A stretch of DNA of 63,965 nucleotides, filler included, from Octopus bimaculoides (lineage: Eukaryota), in NCBI RefSeq assembly GCF_001194135.2. It is 5 parts of 4 records of this genome, joined end to end, with 100 filler letters (N's around TTAATTAATTAA, not from the genome) between each part and the next. Parts side by side here need not be neighbours in the genome. Positions count along the whole stretch, not along the records: positions 29,745 to 45,766 come from NC_068996.1; positions 45,867 to 59,085 come from NC_068982.1; 3 more parts are not named here. One strand, 5' to 3'. Made by a program: the position numbers and the translations under genes. The first letter of the stretch is position 1. Each line of letters starts with the position of its first letter. Positions 39,357-53,299 of the stretch are shown one piece after another. The notes under the pieces were generated by a model. The model saw nothing but the letters and a program-made list of their open reading frames with translations, was not told the DNA's origin and ran no database searches.

Positions 39357-40179
39357 GTAATTTTGAATTCATGAGTATTTGTCTTCTACAAGAACCATGT
39401 CGATTCTGACACCATTGCATATTTTTAATCAGGATTGACAAATAAATGTTTGTGCTTATTAAATCCATCTTTTAATGATCAGTTGTCTCAATAGATATTT
39501 TAATGGCATCTCAGTTGTCTGTTTCTACTTTAGTGCTGTGTATATTCAACTTTGCAAAATGGCTACCTGGAGTTTTAACATACCTTTATTTTACTAAGCA
39601 ATTGGCTGAGTACATTCCTACCTTATTTCCTCATCACTGTCAGAGAGAGATGTGTCTGTCTTACTTTACTCATGGCTGTTACCAAGGTAACATGCATTTC
39701 TCACTATCTCTACTCAACAACCCAGAGAGATAAATTCTCTCTCTCTCTCTCCTCTTTCCTTCAGCTACATAGCAGTAACCTACAAATGACCATGGCAACC
39801 TACACAAATAAAAACAGAACTTCTGCTAATCTTTACGCAACAACAAATCAAAGCAGTTGTTCTATACAGTAACAGTAAATAAAGGTCATTTTAACTATTA
39901 ACTAATTCTTGTCATTTATATCAATCACCAATGTATCTATAACACAGCATCGGTTACAAACTGGTTACCTCATAAAGAAACAAATTGCACAGACTTGTTA
40001 TGACTGGAAATTATAAATTGAATGTGCAACAATTTTAGCTAACACACAAAATTATTACAAAGGCAAAATCAGCTTTGGTGGAATTGGGCTCAAAACATGA
40101 AGATAGAAAAAATGCCATTAAGCATTTTATTTGATATGTTAACAGTTCTACCAGCTTACTACCTTTAATAATAATAATA

Positions 40180-41140
40180 ATAATGGTACAGTTCCAGAAT
40201 CAATTGTAGAGGGAAAGACAACATTGTTAATGAAAGATCAGTCAAAAGGCAATGAGGTTCCAAGAGGAACAAAAGTGAATGAGCTCAATGTTTCAATAAA
40301 GTCTTCTGTATTATGGCATCATGTGAAAACACTTCAACTTTCAACAAATATGAGATTGAAGATTTCAAGAGATCAATCAGCTGAACTATTTGCAGAGTAG
40401 CTTTTGAAACTTGGTGAAGGGGGAGTTGCAATTGAGGAAGAACAGTTTCTTACACTCAATCCAATTTGTAATACAGCTGATTCTGTTGATGGTTTGGTGA
40501 AATCTTTCCAAATCTTCTTCATAATTACAACAATACAGATTGGATCTGTGGGCAAGCTATCCTGGTTTCAAAAAATGTTGCTGTAAATAGCATTAATAAT
40601 ATGCTATTGAATAAACATCCAGGAAAAGTATTCACTTGTAACTCAATTGATAGTGTTGTTGATGATCAGGAGAGTGTTAACTACCCCTTCGGGGTACTCA
40701 CTAGAACCACCAGGTACAGCTCCTCGTTGTCTTCACCTGACAAAAAGGGACTCCTATTATGCTACTGCATAATCTGTCTCAACCAAAATTATGCAATGGT
40801 ACAAGACTAATAGAGCACAAACTTATGAGGAACTGCATTGAGACAAATATTCTCACTAGTTGTGGTAAAGGTGACACCATCTTCATTCCTTGCATACCAG
40901 TTATACCATCTAGAGTCCCATTCCAACTTAAGTGGTTACAGTTTCCTATCCAAATTTCTTTTGCCTTGAGCATTAATAAATGTCAGGGTCAAACATTAAA
41001 AATTGCTGGATTGCAACTTGAACCATGTTTTTCACATGGCCAACTTATGTAGAGGCATCACATGTGGGAGCAAAAGCAAATCTTTTTGCTTATGCACCCT
41101 GAAATAAAACAAAAAATATTGTTTATAAAGAAATATTCAC
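40180..41140 (+). mobile_element. Helitron Rep/Hel PIF1-family helicase C-terminal remnant
   Basis: SIKSSVLWHHVKTLQLSTNMR, LLKLGEG, KLCNGTRL, RLQFP-like WLQFPIQISFALSINKCQGQTL, PCFSHGQL, KTKNIVYKEI. Confidence 0.9.
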
Positions 41141-41499
41141 TCTTAATGCAACTTAATTTGCCATTACTATCATTACATTCAAGAATGAGTAAATTACCTA
41201 TTTAAATTAACTGTATCATATAATTGCCATTAGTATATTGATAAATAAAATAACACATACAAGTCACTTATTAGTGTCATATAATAAACAAACAGAAGTT
41301 CATTCAAGAAATTGATCCTTTTTCTACATCAATTGTTACACATTTTTCTCTTATAAAATACACACATACAGGAGAAGTAAATTATATATATATAATGATA
41401 CTTTGAAAGTGGTTCCTGAGTAAAAGTAATTACCCAATCAATGATGGGTATTACTGCTAGTTCTACATAAGTATAAATATGGTAACATGAAGGCTGTTG

Positions 41500-42850
41500 C
41501 CTATGTCTTGCATTTTCTGCAACCAACAGAGAAAAGTTACAGCCAAATTGAAAAAGAGGATCTAGCAATTATTTCTGCAGTAAAAAAATTTCATAGATTC
41601 TTACACAGTAGAAGTTTTCAAGTACAGACTGACCATCATCCATTATTTATATATGGGTCAAAGAAAGGAATCCCTACCCATACTGCTAATAGGTTGCAAT
41701 GCTGGGGTACTATATTACTAAATTACAATTTTAAGATGGAGTTTATACCATCTAAGAAATTACAACACACTGATTGTTTATCAAGATTGATAAAAAAATA
41801 CTGAACCGTTTGAAGGTACTGTGATTGCAGCAAGGAGGAAAAAAACTTTTAAATACTTTATGTAATGTTGTACGAGAATTACCTTTTACATTAGAAGAAA
41901 TCAAACTAAAAGTGGAAAATGATGAATTAATTAAAAAAAAAAAAAATGAAAGGAACTCTGAGTGTTGAAAAAAGAAATAAAAGTATGCATTTTGCAGAGT
42001 GCAACATGAATTCAAACCAGTTCTCAATTTTTGACAATGTGCTAATGTACTCACAAAGAGTCGTAGTGCCAACCACACTACAAAAACGAATACTAAAAGA
42101 ATTTCACATTGGTCACCTGGGGATTTCAAGAAAGAAATTGGTGATGAGAAGCTATGTGTATTGGCCAAGAATGGACCAAGAGATTGAAGAACTAGTGAAA
42201 GTATGCAAAGGCTGTGCTCTAGCAGCAAAATCACCTACCACAAAATGGGAACCATGGCCAAAAAACAGATATTCCGTGGTCCACTTAACGGTTCACATTA
42301 CCTTGTGGTAGACAGTGTTTAAGTGGCCTGAAATACATGTGACCACTCTCCCATATCATCTTAGGTCAAATGGACAAGTGGAGTGTTTTGTAAATACATT
42401 TAAGAGTGCTTTAATGAAAACAAAACAACAAAATAATGGATGACCTAACACTTCAACAGTTTTTGAAGGCATATCGAGTGACACCAAATCCTAATACTCC
42501 ATCTGGAATGTCACCTGGGGAATTAATGTTTGCTAAGACAAGTCAATGTTCAACATTCTTTAAAATGCATAAAAACGGTAAAGAAATGAAGGAAGATGGA
42601 GTAATTACTAAACAGATTGGGAAAGTGTTATTTTTGGTAAAATGTCACTGCTACGAACATAAGAGACATATAAATCATCATATAAAACGGTTTACAGAGG
42701 AAACATTCGCAAGAAGCGAAATTCAAATGGAAGTCTTTTATGATGCATTTGATGTACCAACACCTAAACAGATTGTGTTCAAGTAAGAGAAAAAAGAATG
42801 AATAGAAGTATTTAAAATAGACCCTAAACCCAAAAGATATTAAGTTCTGA
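41500..42850 (+). mobile_element. Ty3/gypsy pol remnant (RNase H-like domain and integrase)
   Basis: YSQIEKEDLAII.AVKKFH, TDHHPL, D.LSRL; integrase zinc finger H.GHLGI..YVYWP.MDQEIE..C..C; LKAYRVTPN..SPGELMF. Confidence 0.88.
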
Positions 42851-43009
42851 GTGGAGCTAAATTCTCAAAAATGTGAGATGTTATGTGAGAATACTGACCC
42901 CCCCACCCACATGACGGAAGGTGGACTAATCAATTACAATAAATAAGAATTGAGTGAACTGTCAACAAGCATGGTTGACAGTGTTAGTTCGAATGTGTGT
43001 ATGTCCCAG

Positions 43010-43360
43010 TGAAAACCTCAATAAAAGGTAAGCACAATAGACCTGACATAATGATTTGGTACAGAGAAGACAAACTGTGTACAGTTGTAGAAATCAGCAG
43101 CCTTGTGGATGTAAACAAAGTTGAAGATCAGTGGAAAAGAGAACACTGAATTATTGAGATATCTACAGCTACTCTATCCAGATTACAAATTCAGGCTTAT
43201 ACCTGTAATTACTAGGGCACTAGGATATGTAACACACTGCCTATGTACCAATTTTGAGAAAATGGGCTTCTCAAAACCAGAAAGGAGAAAGCTGATTCGA
43301 CGACTACAGGTCCAAGCCATCACCTGAACTGTAAAAATCTGTAAAACTTTTCTGAAGTTG
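43010..43360 (+). mobile_element. 3' end (restriction-like endonuclease) of an RLE-type non-LTR retrotransposon
   Basis: HNRPDIMIW..., ELLRYLQLLYPDYKFRLIPVI..LG, LQVQAIT..VKICKTFL. Confidence 0.75.
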
Positions 43361-43366
43361 GCGGAT

Positions 43367-44304
43367 GTAAAGGACATGGACCGCACCCGCTTTCGGTTAT
43401 TTTTTTTTTGGCACTATCATGCTATTAGCTGTCAGAAGTGAAAGTGCTCACTGCTAGTGAAGTATCTGTCTGTCTGCCTGCATGCCTGTTGCTGGCCTGT
43501 CGATTCTTTGGCTACTGACAGCTAATACCATGACTGACCGGAGCGAGCTATATGTCTGTCTGTCTGTCTCTCTCTCTATCTATCTATCTATTACTCGAAA
43601 GTTCGCGCATCCGCGCTAGCTAGTCGTGAGTAGAAAACACAAATTTAATATAAAAACATATTTCCTGAAATTGCAAATTATTTAAAATATAAAAATATAA
43701 TTTTCAACAGAGAGAATTTATCAAAATAGAAAACAAATGAAGTTTGAAGTTTAAAAATAATAGGATCGACCACTCACGACTAGCTAGCGCGGACGCGCGA
43801 ACTTTCGAGTAATAGATAGATAGATAGAGAGAGAGAGAGACAGACAGATATATAGCTCGCTCCGGCAGACAGACAGATACTTCACTAGCAGTGAGNNNNN
43901 NNNNNNNNNTTTTTTTTTTTTTTTTCATATTCGTTTACTACATGTTGTTTTCAGGTGTTGAAGTGGGGTTACTGGATCGTGTGAATTATCCGAGTCCGCA
44001 CTAGGTACTAGGTATAAAATAATGTGTAGTAAACGAATATGAAGAAAAAAAAATTTGCCGACGGACGGGGAAATGGTGAGAGGACTCGGAACATTACCGA
44101 TGTGAATTTTCCGAGTCTTCTCCGCTGCCCCACGTTCGCCAGCACGCATATTTTTTTTCATATTCATTTACTATATGTTATTGTACACCTATTGCATCAT
44201 TTTTTTTTGCTCGGGTCAGAATCTCCGCAGTCGAAAAAGTGGGTTTCTGTAGATGATGAAAAAAAAAAAAAAAAACGAAAGCGGGTGCGGTCCATGTCTT
44301 TTAC
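43367..44304. mobile_element. Non-autonomous DNA element with 29-bp TIRs and nested internal palindromes
   Basis: GTAAAGGACATGGACCGCACCCGCTTTCG (43367-43395) vs its reverse complement at 44276-44304 (1 mismatch). Inner inverted arms at 43447-43631 and 43772-43895. Confidence 0.75.
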
Positions 44305-44539
44305 CTCTTCCTCAGAAGTTTATCATTTAAGTATATATGAGCATGTCGAGACATGCAGATACATACATTAAACAAAACATACAAATCTGTACATATACAT
44401 ACATACGTACACAAATACCCTGTTAATGTTGAAATTCCAATGAAGGAGAACCTTGGATCCAGGTTAGAAACTGGCTCTTTCTTTATTGGCAAAATATCTT
44501 GAAATAAAACTGAATTACAGATAGACATACAGACATAAG

Positions 44540-44650
44540 CGGCAGAAGTTATAAAGTGACAAGGACTGAGAGTATTGAGCATGGCTTCTAAGTTTGGTAA
44601 GTGCTATGCACGCCTCATGCGGTCCTTTAGCCACTTCGTAACTTCTGCCG
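44540..44650. mobile_element. 111-bp MITE
   Basis: 19-bp TIRs CGGCAGAAGTTA(TA/CG)AAGTG. Confidence 0.65.
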
Positions 44651-44851
44651 ATCAAAAAAGCTTACACACACACTCTTGTTCGGAGCTCTCTTTTGTTTTA
44701 CTTCAAAACCTATATGTAAGCTGATATAATATAAACATATTTATATTCTATATTTCGCTAAAATTTTTATTACTCTATTTGTCACCTTTTCGGTTTTGTT
44801 TTCGCTATGTGTGTGTGCGCGTTATCAGTTAATAGCAAATATTTAACTCAC

Positions 44852-45130
44852 CGGTAAAGCTGGACATAAACTGTGAGAAAATTGGTCTGCGGACCTATCA
44901 TCACAGGAAGCGTATGCAAAGTGAGACAAACGAAACAAATAAGGTTAAGAAAGGACAGAGAAGCAAAGGATAGAGAAAAGAGAGAAACACATGAGAGAAT
45001 AATAGTTGACAGAAGGAGAGAAAGATACACAGGGATATAATTTTATTCAGATTAACAGAAACCGTCGACTACTCAAGTAAAAGGATTGAATTACAAAAAG
45101 ATCGAATGCGAGTGAACCGGAAGTACTCAA
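44852..45130 (-). promoter_or_regulatory. Possible promoter and non-coding first exon of a minus-strand transcript
   Basis: Donor CCG/gtgagt at 44851 below a CT-rich UTR-like stretch; ETS-type CCGGAAGT at 45117-45124. Confidence 0.3.
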
Positions 45131-46191
45131 GTGTATATAGTTATACATTGTCTAACTCTTTCGTGTTTGAATTGTTCTCATATGAAATGTTTTCCATTTG
45201 TGACCATCCTTTCTTCTCTTTTAGGATTACATTAACCAATGTGTTCTTCCTTTGTAAGATAGTAGAGTGAGATTTGTTTCAAGCAGTTAAAAGTTAGTGT
45301 TTTATTTCCTTGTATCTTCCAGAAGATTGTATTTTCTAATGAAATTATCTATAAGTACGCTTCAGATGGTGGTGTAGATTACGATTGTATTGGAATTTAA
45401 TGTGGAAAAACTTATCCCGTGGTGGGGTGGGAAATTTCTGAAAATTCATATGAGTAGTCTTTCAGAAAAATTGGTATTTTTAATTAAATTGAACCTATTT
45501 GGTTAATGTCACCAAAACGAAAAGAAAAGTGTAATAGGTGTAAAAATAGAAAAAAAAATGTGTAGAAAACGAATATGAAAACAAAAATTTGCGCAAACGA
45601 ACGGGGGTGGGATGGGGAGAGGACTTTCGGAAAATTCACACGATCCGATTTTTTCCCTCATAACGTTCAGGAAAATAGATATACTCTTTTACTTGTTTCA
45701 GTTATTTGACTGTGGCCATGCTGGAGCACTGCCTTTAGTCGAGCTAATCAACCCCAGGACTTATTANNNNNNNNNNNNNNNNNNNNNNNNNNNNNNNNNN
45801 NNNNNNNNNNTTAATTAATTAANNNNNNNNNNNNNNNNNNNNNNNNNNNNNNNNNNNNNNNNNNNNAAGAATATATAAATGTTTGTGTGTATGTGTGTGT
45901 GTGTGAAGTTAAATATGTGCTTTTTCCCTGACACTCGTTCCTATCTTTTTTCTTCCTTATTCTCTTCTTCATGCAACAAAAGGCTACACCCCAAAGCGTT
46001 ATATTTTTGCTCTTCACCAAATAACATTCTTCGTGCATCAAACTAACGATATTCACTGCGAACATCTTGTTGAATCTTGTTGATTTTGTTTATGGATTCG
46101 TCGTTTGTTACTAGTTTGCTTCTCTCTCTGTCCATCTCTCTCCTTCCTCTCTCCATCTCTTCTTTCCCCTTTTCTCTCTCCTTTCTCTCTC

Positions 46192-46306
46192 TTTCTCTGG
46201 TTTCTCTCTCTTTCTCTGGTTTCTCTCTCTTTCTCTGGTTTCTCTCTCTTTCTCTGGTTTCTCTCTCTTTCTCTGGTTTCTCTCTCTTTCTCTGGTTTCT
46301 CTCTCT
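46192..46306 (+). repeat. 19-bp minisatellite x6 (TTTCTCTGGTTTCTCTCTC)
   Basis: Six CTCTGG cores spaced 19 bp apart. Confidence 0.95.
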
Positions 46307-46599
46307 TTTGCATATATATATATGTATAATTCTTTTATAAAAATTAATTTAGATACAAAGGATCTTTTCTGCTTGGCTCACACTTTTCAATTCCTTTAAT
46401 TTTGTTCCAACTTATTTTAAATTTGATATGTTGATGTAGTTTTGTATGCTAATCATGGAAATGAAATTCACATTTGCCTTAAATTAACCAATAAAAAGTT
46501 AATACCTTTTAAACTTTGCAAATTTTGGGTGATTTTAGCCAATCGAAAGCCACAGACATAATGGTGCCTGTTTCCATAATAACAAGCCAAGTTTTAGTT

Positions 46600-47130
46600 T
46601 TCTTGTCACTGAGCGGCTGTTGATTACAACAGCTATGTTCGCCAAATGAGTGCGGAGGACCTGCTCCACAACCCAGGTCAGATTGGCGTCCTTGGAGGAT
46701 TGTTGAGATAAATGAAACAGTCTTCTCAAGACATAAATACAATCGATGAAGGGTGTTACCCGAGCAGTGGATTTTCGGAGGAGCGTGTCGCCAGAACAGA
46801 CATGTTTTTCTTTATGTAGTGCCGGGTCGCAATCGCGACACACTGAAGGAATGCATACGTCAATCGATTCTTTCAAGAGCCACAATTTTCAGTGACTTAT
46901 GAAGGGCCTACTCTCACATTCCTGAAGTTGATGGTTATAATTTTCTATGAAGAACAGTGAATGAACCATAGCGTCGAGTTTATTACTCGAAAGATGGTAC
47001 CCACACGCAACAAGTGGAAAGCACATGGGCCTCTATAAAACGAAGTAATAAATAACGCTATGACACCTACCGTTTCTAGCTGACTCGTATCTCTGCGATC
47101 TTATAGGACGCAGGAGATATGAAAATTGTC
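46600..47130 (+). mobile_element. Merlin (IS1016/ISXO2-like) DDE transposase remnant
   Basis: IVEINETVFSRHKYNR*RVLPEQWIFGG...TIFSDL*RAYSH...TVNHS...DGTHTQQVESTWASIKR, with in-frame stops. Confidence 0.85.
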
Positions 47131-47668
47131 ATTTATTTGACAAACTTTTAGATTACATCGCAAACTTTTGTTTTTGATTTTCGATACAAAATATATATTA
47201 TTTGCACGACTTTAATGAACTGTAGTTTAGTTTTTTTTTCATATTTTTAGTTCAATTTGTTTTTTTTTTTCGTAATTTAGCGTTCAGTTTGCTTTTTCGT
47301 ATTACCTTCATTGAAGATTTTTCCTTTTTCTATTATTTACATACCTGGCAAAGAAAAAAGATTCATTAAAATTTCTATCATCGAATGTTTTGTCGTCGTA
47401 ATGTTGTCATCACGCACAAAATGCCAGCTTCCAAATCCTGTTTTCTGATTGGGTAGAAATAATCAAACTTTAATCCTCTGTAACAGTTTTCTAAATTTTT
47501 TTTTGTGGGGGAACAAGAGAATAACAACATTAGATTCTGCATGAAAAATTACATCAATATACCAAATTTGAAAACTTTCACTTAGTTTTAAAATTTCAAA
47601 AAATGTGTGCCAAATAGAACAGATCTGATAAGTGTATTTATATGATTTCAGACGCCATTTGTGTTTAC

Positions 47669-47737
<69 letters not shown>

Positions 47738-48264
47738 GATCATTCCCAAGTCATATAGGCTCTTAGAGTCAATTTCTCGGATTATCTGTCGTATTTATTT
47801 CCTACTGGATGGAGCACCGACCCACCACAGGAATACTCATTCTTGTCAGCTGAGCGGACTGGAGCAATGTGAAATGAAGTGTTTTACTCAAGGACACAAG
47901 ACATCGCTCGGTCCAGAAATCGAAACCACAACCTTACAATCACGCGGCTTTACTACACACACACACACACACACACACGTATTTATATAAGTATTGTTTG
48001 AAGTCCTAGGACTAATGGAGACGGTTACCCGGTTTCCATGGTATATAACTGATAGAGATCACAACATTCTCCACGAAAGGGATGTCAGTTCGCTACAAGG
48101 TTACTCATTTACAGTTGAGTGGACCGGAGGAACGTGAAATGAAGTATTTTGCGGAAGAACGCAACACATCTCTCAGTTTAAGAACCGAAAATCATGATTT
48201 TGTGAACGTGAGTGGAACACTTTAGCGACAAGGCCACGCACCTTCTCTAGCACATATAAACGGT

Positions 48265-48627
<363 letters not shown>

Positions 48628-48679
48628 CCCACGGGCATATGGCGTAGTGGTTAAGAGCACGGGCTACTTACCCCAAGAT

Positions 48680-50285
48680 TATGGTTGTGAAGATCAGCTA
48701 CTCATCAATAGGATGATCTTGGAAGATTGTTACCAGCGACACAAAAACTTGTCGATAGCCTTGATAGACTATAAAAAATGCTTTTGATAGTCTACCACAT
48801 ATCTGGATTAAGAAATGTCTGGAAATGTATGAAATAGCACTTACTCTGCGAAACTTCTTGTCTGTAAGTATGAGATCATGAAGAACCACTCTAAGATGTA
48901 AGAATTTCATGTGACATTTTTCAGGGTGACTCTCTATCACCACTCCTCTTTTGTCTAGCCTTAATACCTCTCTCGAAATTGTTCAATGATGTACAATACG
49001 GCTATAAAATGCTTGATAGAAATATAAATCATCTCATTTACATGGATGATTTAAAGCTCTTTGCAAAAAAATCACCAACAACTACAGGGCTTACTAGCGA
49101 TTGTTAAACAATTTAGTGATGACATCAGGATGTAATATGGCCTCGATAAATGTGCGAAAGCTACCTTTATATCAAAGGGAAAATGACAGAAACATCCAAT
49201 GTTAATCTTGACCAGCAGAATGTCATAAAGGAATTTGAAGGGGATGGAATCAAACATTCAGTGATGAGGGAAACGACAGAAGAGAATGCTATCGCAGAGT
49301 AAGGGTAATACTCAAGACAGAGCTGAATGCAAGAAACAGGATCGAAGCGATCAATACTTTAGCTATACCAGTCGTGACTTACAGTTTCAATATCATTAAC
49401 TGGTCAATTACTGAAATATGTAATTTTGACAGAAAAATACGAAATTTGTTGACGATGCATAGAATGCACCACCCTAAGGCAGATATAGAACGACTTTATC
49501 TGCCAAGAAAAGAGGGAGGCCGTGGACTTTTACAACTGGAATTAACAATGAAGATTGCCACAACTGGCCTAGACACCTACCTGAAAATCTCTGATGACTG
49601 GATGTTAAAAACTTGTCTCAAAACATGAAAACAAAAAAGCATCATACTTAGTAACAAAACAAGCAAAGGAATATCTAAGTGAATTCCAAATACAACAAAT
49701 TCCAGAATTAGACGTACTAGAAACAAGCACAGAAAAAGCTAAGCGTATGAAAACCCGTGCTAAAACTGCTGCCTTAGATACTCTTACTTGATAAATAGCA
49801 AGAAAAACCTCTCAATAGCAAATACCCAAATAGAGCTAATAGTGCCGATGTTGACAAAGCCCTTACCTATCAATAGTTAGTGTCTTCTGGCTTAAAATCA
49901 GGAACAGAAGGGTTTATCATAGCAGCCCAAGATCAATGCCTACCTACAAGAAACTACCAGGCCAACATATTAAAGAACGGTAAAAGCCCAACATGTCGTG
50001 TATGTCAACAACAAAATGATCATGTTGTCTCTATGTGCAGTCGTCTTGCGCCTACAGATTATCTCAACAGGCATGATAGAGCAGCACAATATATTCACTG
50101 GGTAATTTGCAAAAATTGGATCTGCTCCATGATAAAGACTGGTGGGAACACAAACCACCTCCAGTGCTTAAAAATGATCACGTCTCACTCCTCTGGAACT
50201 TCGCCGTTCAAACTGACAGAAAGATAGATGCGAATATGCCAGACATTATATTAAGAGACTACAGACAAAATGCTTATTTGCTCAC
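48680..50285 (+). mobile_element. Decayed R4/Dong-type (RLE-encoding) non-LTR retrotransposon
   Basis: YGCEDQLLIN, DYKNAFDSLPH, FQGDSLSPLLF, YMDDLKLFA, HPKADIERLYLPRKEGGRGL, TEGFIIAAQDQ, CRVC..H...C zinc knuckle, LLWNFAVQTDRKIDANMPDI. Multiple stops and frameshifts. Confidence 0.92.
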
Positions 50286-53200
50286 GTTATTTTGAATTAT
50301 TCAGGTTCAAGAGGTGTCCACAATATTTGCTTGTAACTTTGTAAATTTTTTACATACAGATTTGAAATTTTGTCAGTTGGTGCTTTATATACCACTGGTT
50401 CATAGTTATGTAATTTTAGCTGATCTTACTGAGTAAATTAGACTTTTATGAGCAGGTAAATTTAATTAACAGGTGTAAAAGCAATAACATTATGGATAAA
50501 CACAAAAATTGAAATTCTTAATGCATATTACCTGTTTGATTTGTTACTAAAATTATCCCAGATGGCAACCGACAAAAATTTTGCCACTTTTCAAGATGAG
50601 GTACTTTATTTTGAATTGATTAAAATACAGGTATAATGGGCACAAAATTTTATTCTTTTGGTAAATATTTCGTACCTCGTTGGGGAATAATTTTTCTTTC
50701 CACANNNNNNNNNNNNNNNNNNNNNNNNNNNNNNNNNNNNNNNNNNNNNNNNNNNNNNNNNNNNNNNNNNNNNNNNNNNNNNNNNNNNNNNNNNNNNNNN
50801 NNNNNNNNNNNNNNNNNNNNNNNNNNNNNNNNNNNNNNNNNNNNNNNNNNNNNNNNNNNNNNNNNNNNNNNNNNNNNNNNNNNNNNNNNNNNNNNNNNNN
50901 NNNNNNNNNNNNNNNNNNNNNNNNNNNNNNNNNNNNNNNNNNNNNNNNNNNNNNNNNNNNNNNNNNNNNNNNNNNNNNNNNNNNNNNNNNNNNNNNNNNN
51001 NNNNNNNNNNNNNNNNNNNNNNNNNNNNNNNNNNNNNNNNNNNNNNNNNNNNNNNNNNNNNNNNNNNNNNNNNNNNNNNNNNNNNNNNNNNNNNNNNNNN
51101 NNNNNNNNNNNNNNNNNNNNNNNNNNNNNNNNNNNNNNNNNNNNNNNNNNNNNNNNNNNNNNNNNNNNNNNNNNNNNNNNNNNNNNNNNNNNNNNNNNNN
51201 NNNNNNNNNNNNNNNNNNNNNNNNNNNNNNNNNNNNNNNNNNNNNNNNNNNNNNNNNNNNNNNNNNNNNNNNNNNNNNNNNNNNNNNNNNNNNNNNNNNN
51301 NNNNNNNNNNNNNNNNNNNNNNNNNNNNNNNNNNNNNNNNNNNNNNNNNNNNNNNNNNNNNNNNNNNNNNNNNNNNNNNNNNNNNNNNNNNNNNNNNNNN
51401 NNNNNNNNNNNNNNNNNNNNNNNNNNNNNNNNNNNNNNNNNNNNNNNNNNNNNNNNNNNNNNNNNNNNNNNNNNNNNNNNNNNNNNNNNNNNNNNNNNNN
51501 NNNNNNNNNNNNNNNNNNNNNNNNNNNNNNNNNNNNNNNNNNNNNNNNNNNNNNNNNNNNNNNNNNNNNNNNNNNNNNNNNNNNNNNNNNNNNNNNNNNN
51601 NNNNNNNNNNNNNNNNNNNNNNNNNNNNNNNNNNNNNNNNNNNNNNNNTATATATATATATATATATTATATATCATATGTGTGTGTATATATATATGTG
51701 TGTGTGTAAATTTATGAATAATATAAGATATGGGTTCAGAGAAAATCATGTAGCTAGAACAGTGAACTTGCTCTGTTGATGTAACAATAGTGTTTTGGTG
51801 ACCTGATGAGGTAGCTTTCTTTACTTGCATTAATTTGTGAAGATGCAATTGTAATGCTGAACATGCATATTAATGCAAACATGTATGCATAGTTTCTTGT
51901 ATACTGAAATTTATAGTACATGAAGTAGACTGCGAAACGGATGTAGTCCCATGGAAGTCACATGGTTAAATAAATCTATATTCATCTCTCATATCGTCTG
52001 ACTTTTGTTTATACACACACAAACACACACACACACAAAGACTCACACACACACAGACTAACACCCACATATGCGTAGGAATATATACATATACAGGTTA
52101 TATGCACACAGACGAAAAAAGTTCATGACGAAACTCTTTCATAAAAGAATGTGCAAGAGATGGAAGGGAGCTAGGATTTCGAGGAAATTGCATGTACGTA
52201 TTTGTCTTAGAGGAACATATGTACATTGGTTACATTTTCAGTCACATAACATTTAAATCAATAATTCATAGATAGAGATATAAGAAAATACGTGGAGAGA
52301 GCCATAAGAACATTTAAAAAAGCAGATTTGAGCACTTGACATTCTCAAAAATTACAATCACCGGACGAATATTGTGGTAAATTTGCTTTTTCATGATGCA
52401 TTTACATTGCTATTTTAATCTAATAATGCTTCTGTTGCATATAACGGATTTTGAAGATATATTATCGTAGCTTAATTTTTTCTTCTTATCGTTGTTTGTT
52501 TTCAAATTGGAACATAAGCATGGTAACTTGAAACTCTGTTTCAAGAAATTTTTCGAATTTTTCGATCAAGAAGTATAGTGACACGTGTATGTATTTAAAA
52601 GAGATATTGTTGCAACCATTACTCTTGCAGTCACACGGGCGCACGCGCGCACACACATACACTCATACTCACACTCTCACTCACACTTACACACACACTC
52701 ACATACACACGCACTCACACACACATTCACACACTAACACACACACACACACTTAGTGAAAGCATTGTACATGATATCAAATCGCAATCACTTGCGAGTG
52801 ACGAGTGTGTTTGTGTGTGCATGTGAATTTGTGTGCATGTGAATTTGTGTGCATGTGTGTGTCTGTATATTTGTATAGATGCATAAATCTATTCATATTC
52901 GTGTACGCTTATGTATATATACATGCAAACATGTCAGCGTTCATGCGCGCGCGCGTATGTGTTTGTACATGTATATTTCTATCTGTGCCTGTATATGTTG
53001 TACGTCGAGTAATAATCATTAAGGTACCACTTCTTGATACATATTGATGTTTTTGTTTTATTTTCTGAGTTTGACATTGTATACGAGTGCATGTATGCGC
53101 GTGTAAACATGAAAGACCAGTGGTTATATCAAATTATTTCCTTTACCTTCCTGTTTCTCTCTAACTCGTGCAGGTCTGTCCAACGTTAATATATGGTTAA

Positions 53201-53299
53201 ACACGTATCTTTGTATATGTGTGTGCATGCGTGCATATATGTAAAAAAAAAACATATAAATTCATATGTATACACATATACGTGTATTTGTATGTGCTG

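Noticed and set aside
44581-44596. ATG-MASKF(G)/gtaagt apparent first coding exon on +
   Set aside because: Lies inside the 111-bp MITE (44540-44650).
50553-51848. ORFs of 345-431 aa (also 57134-57854)
   Set aside because: Made almost entirely of N gap.
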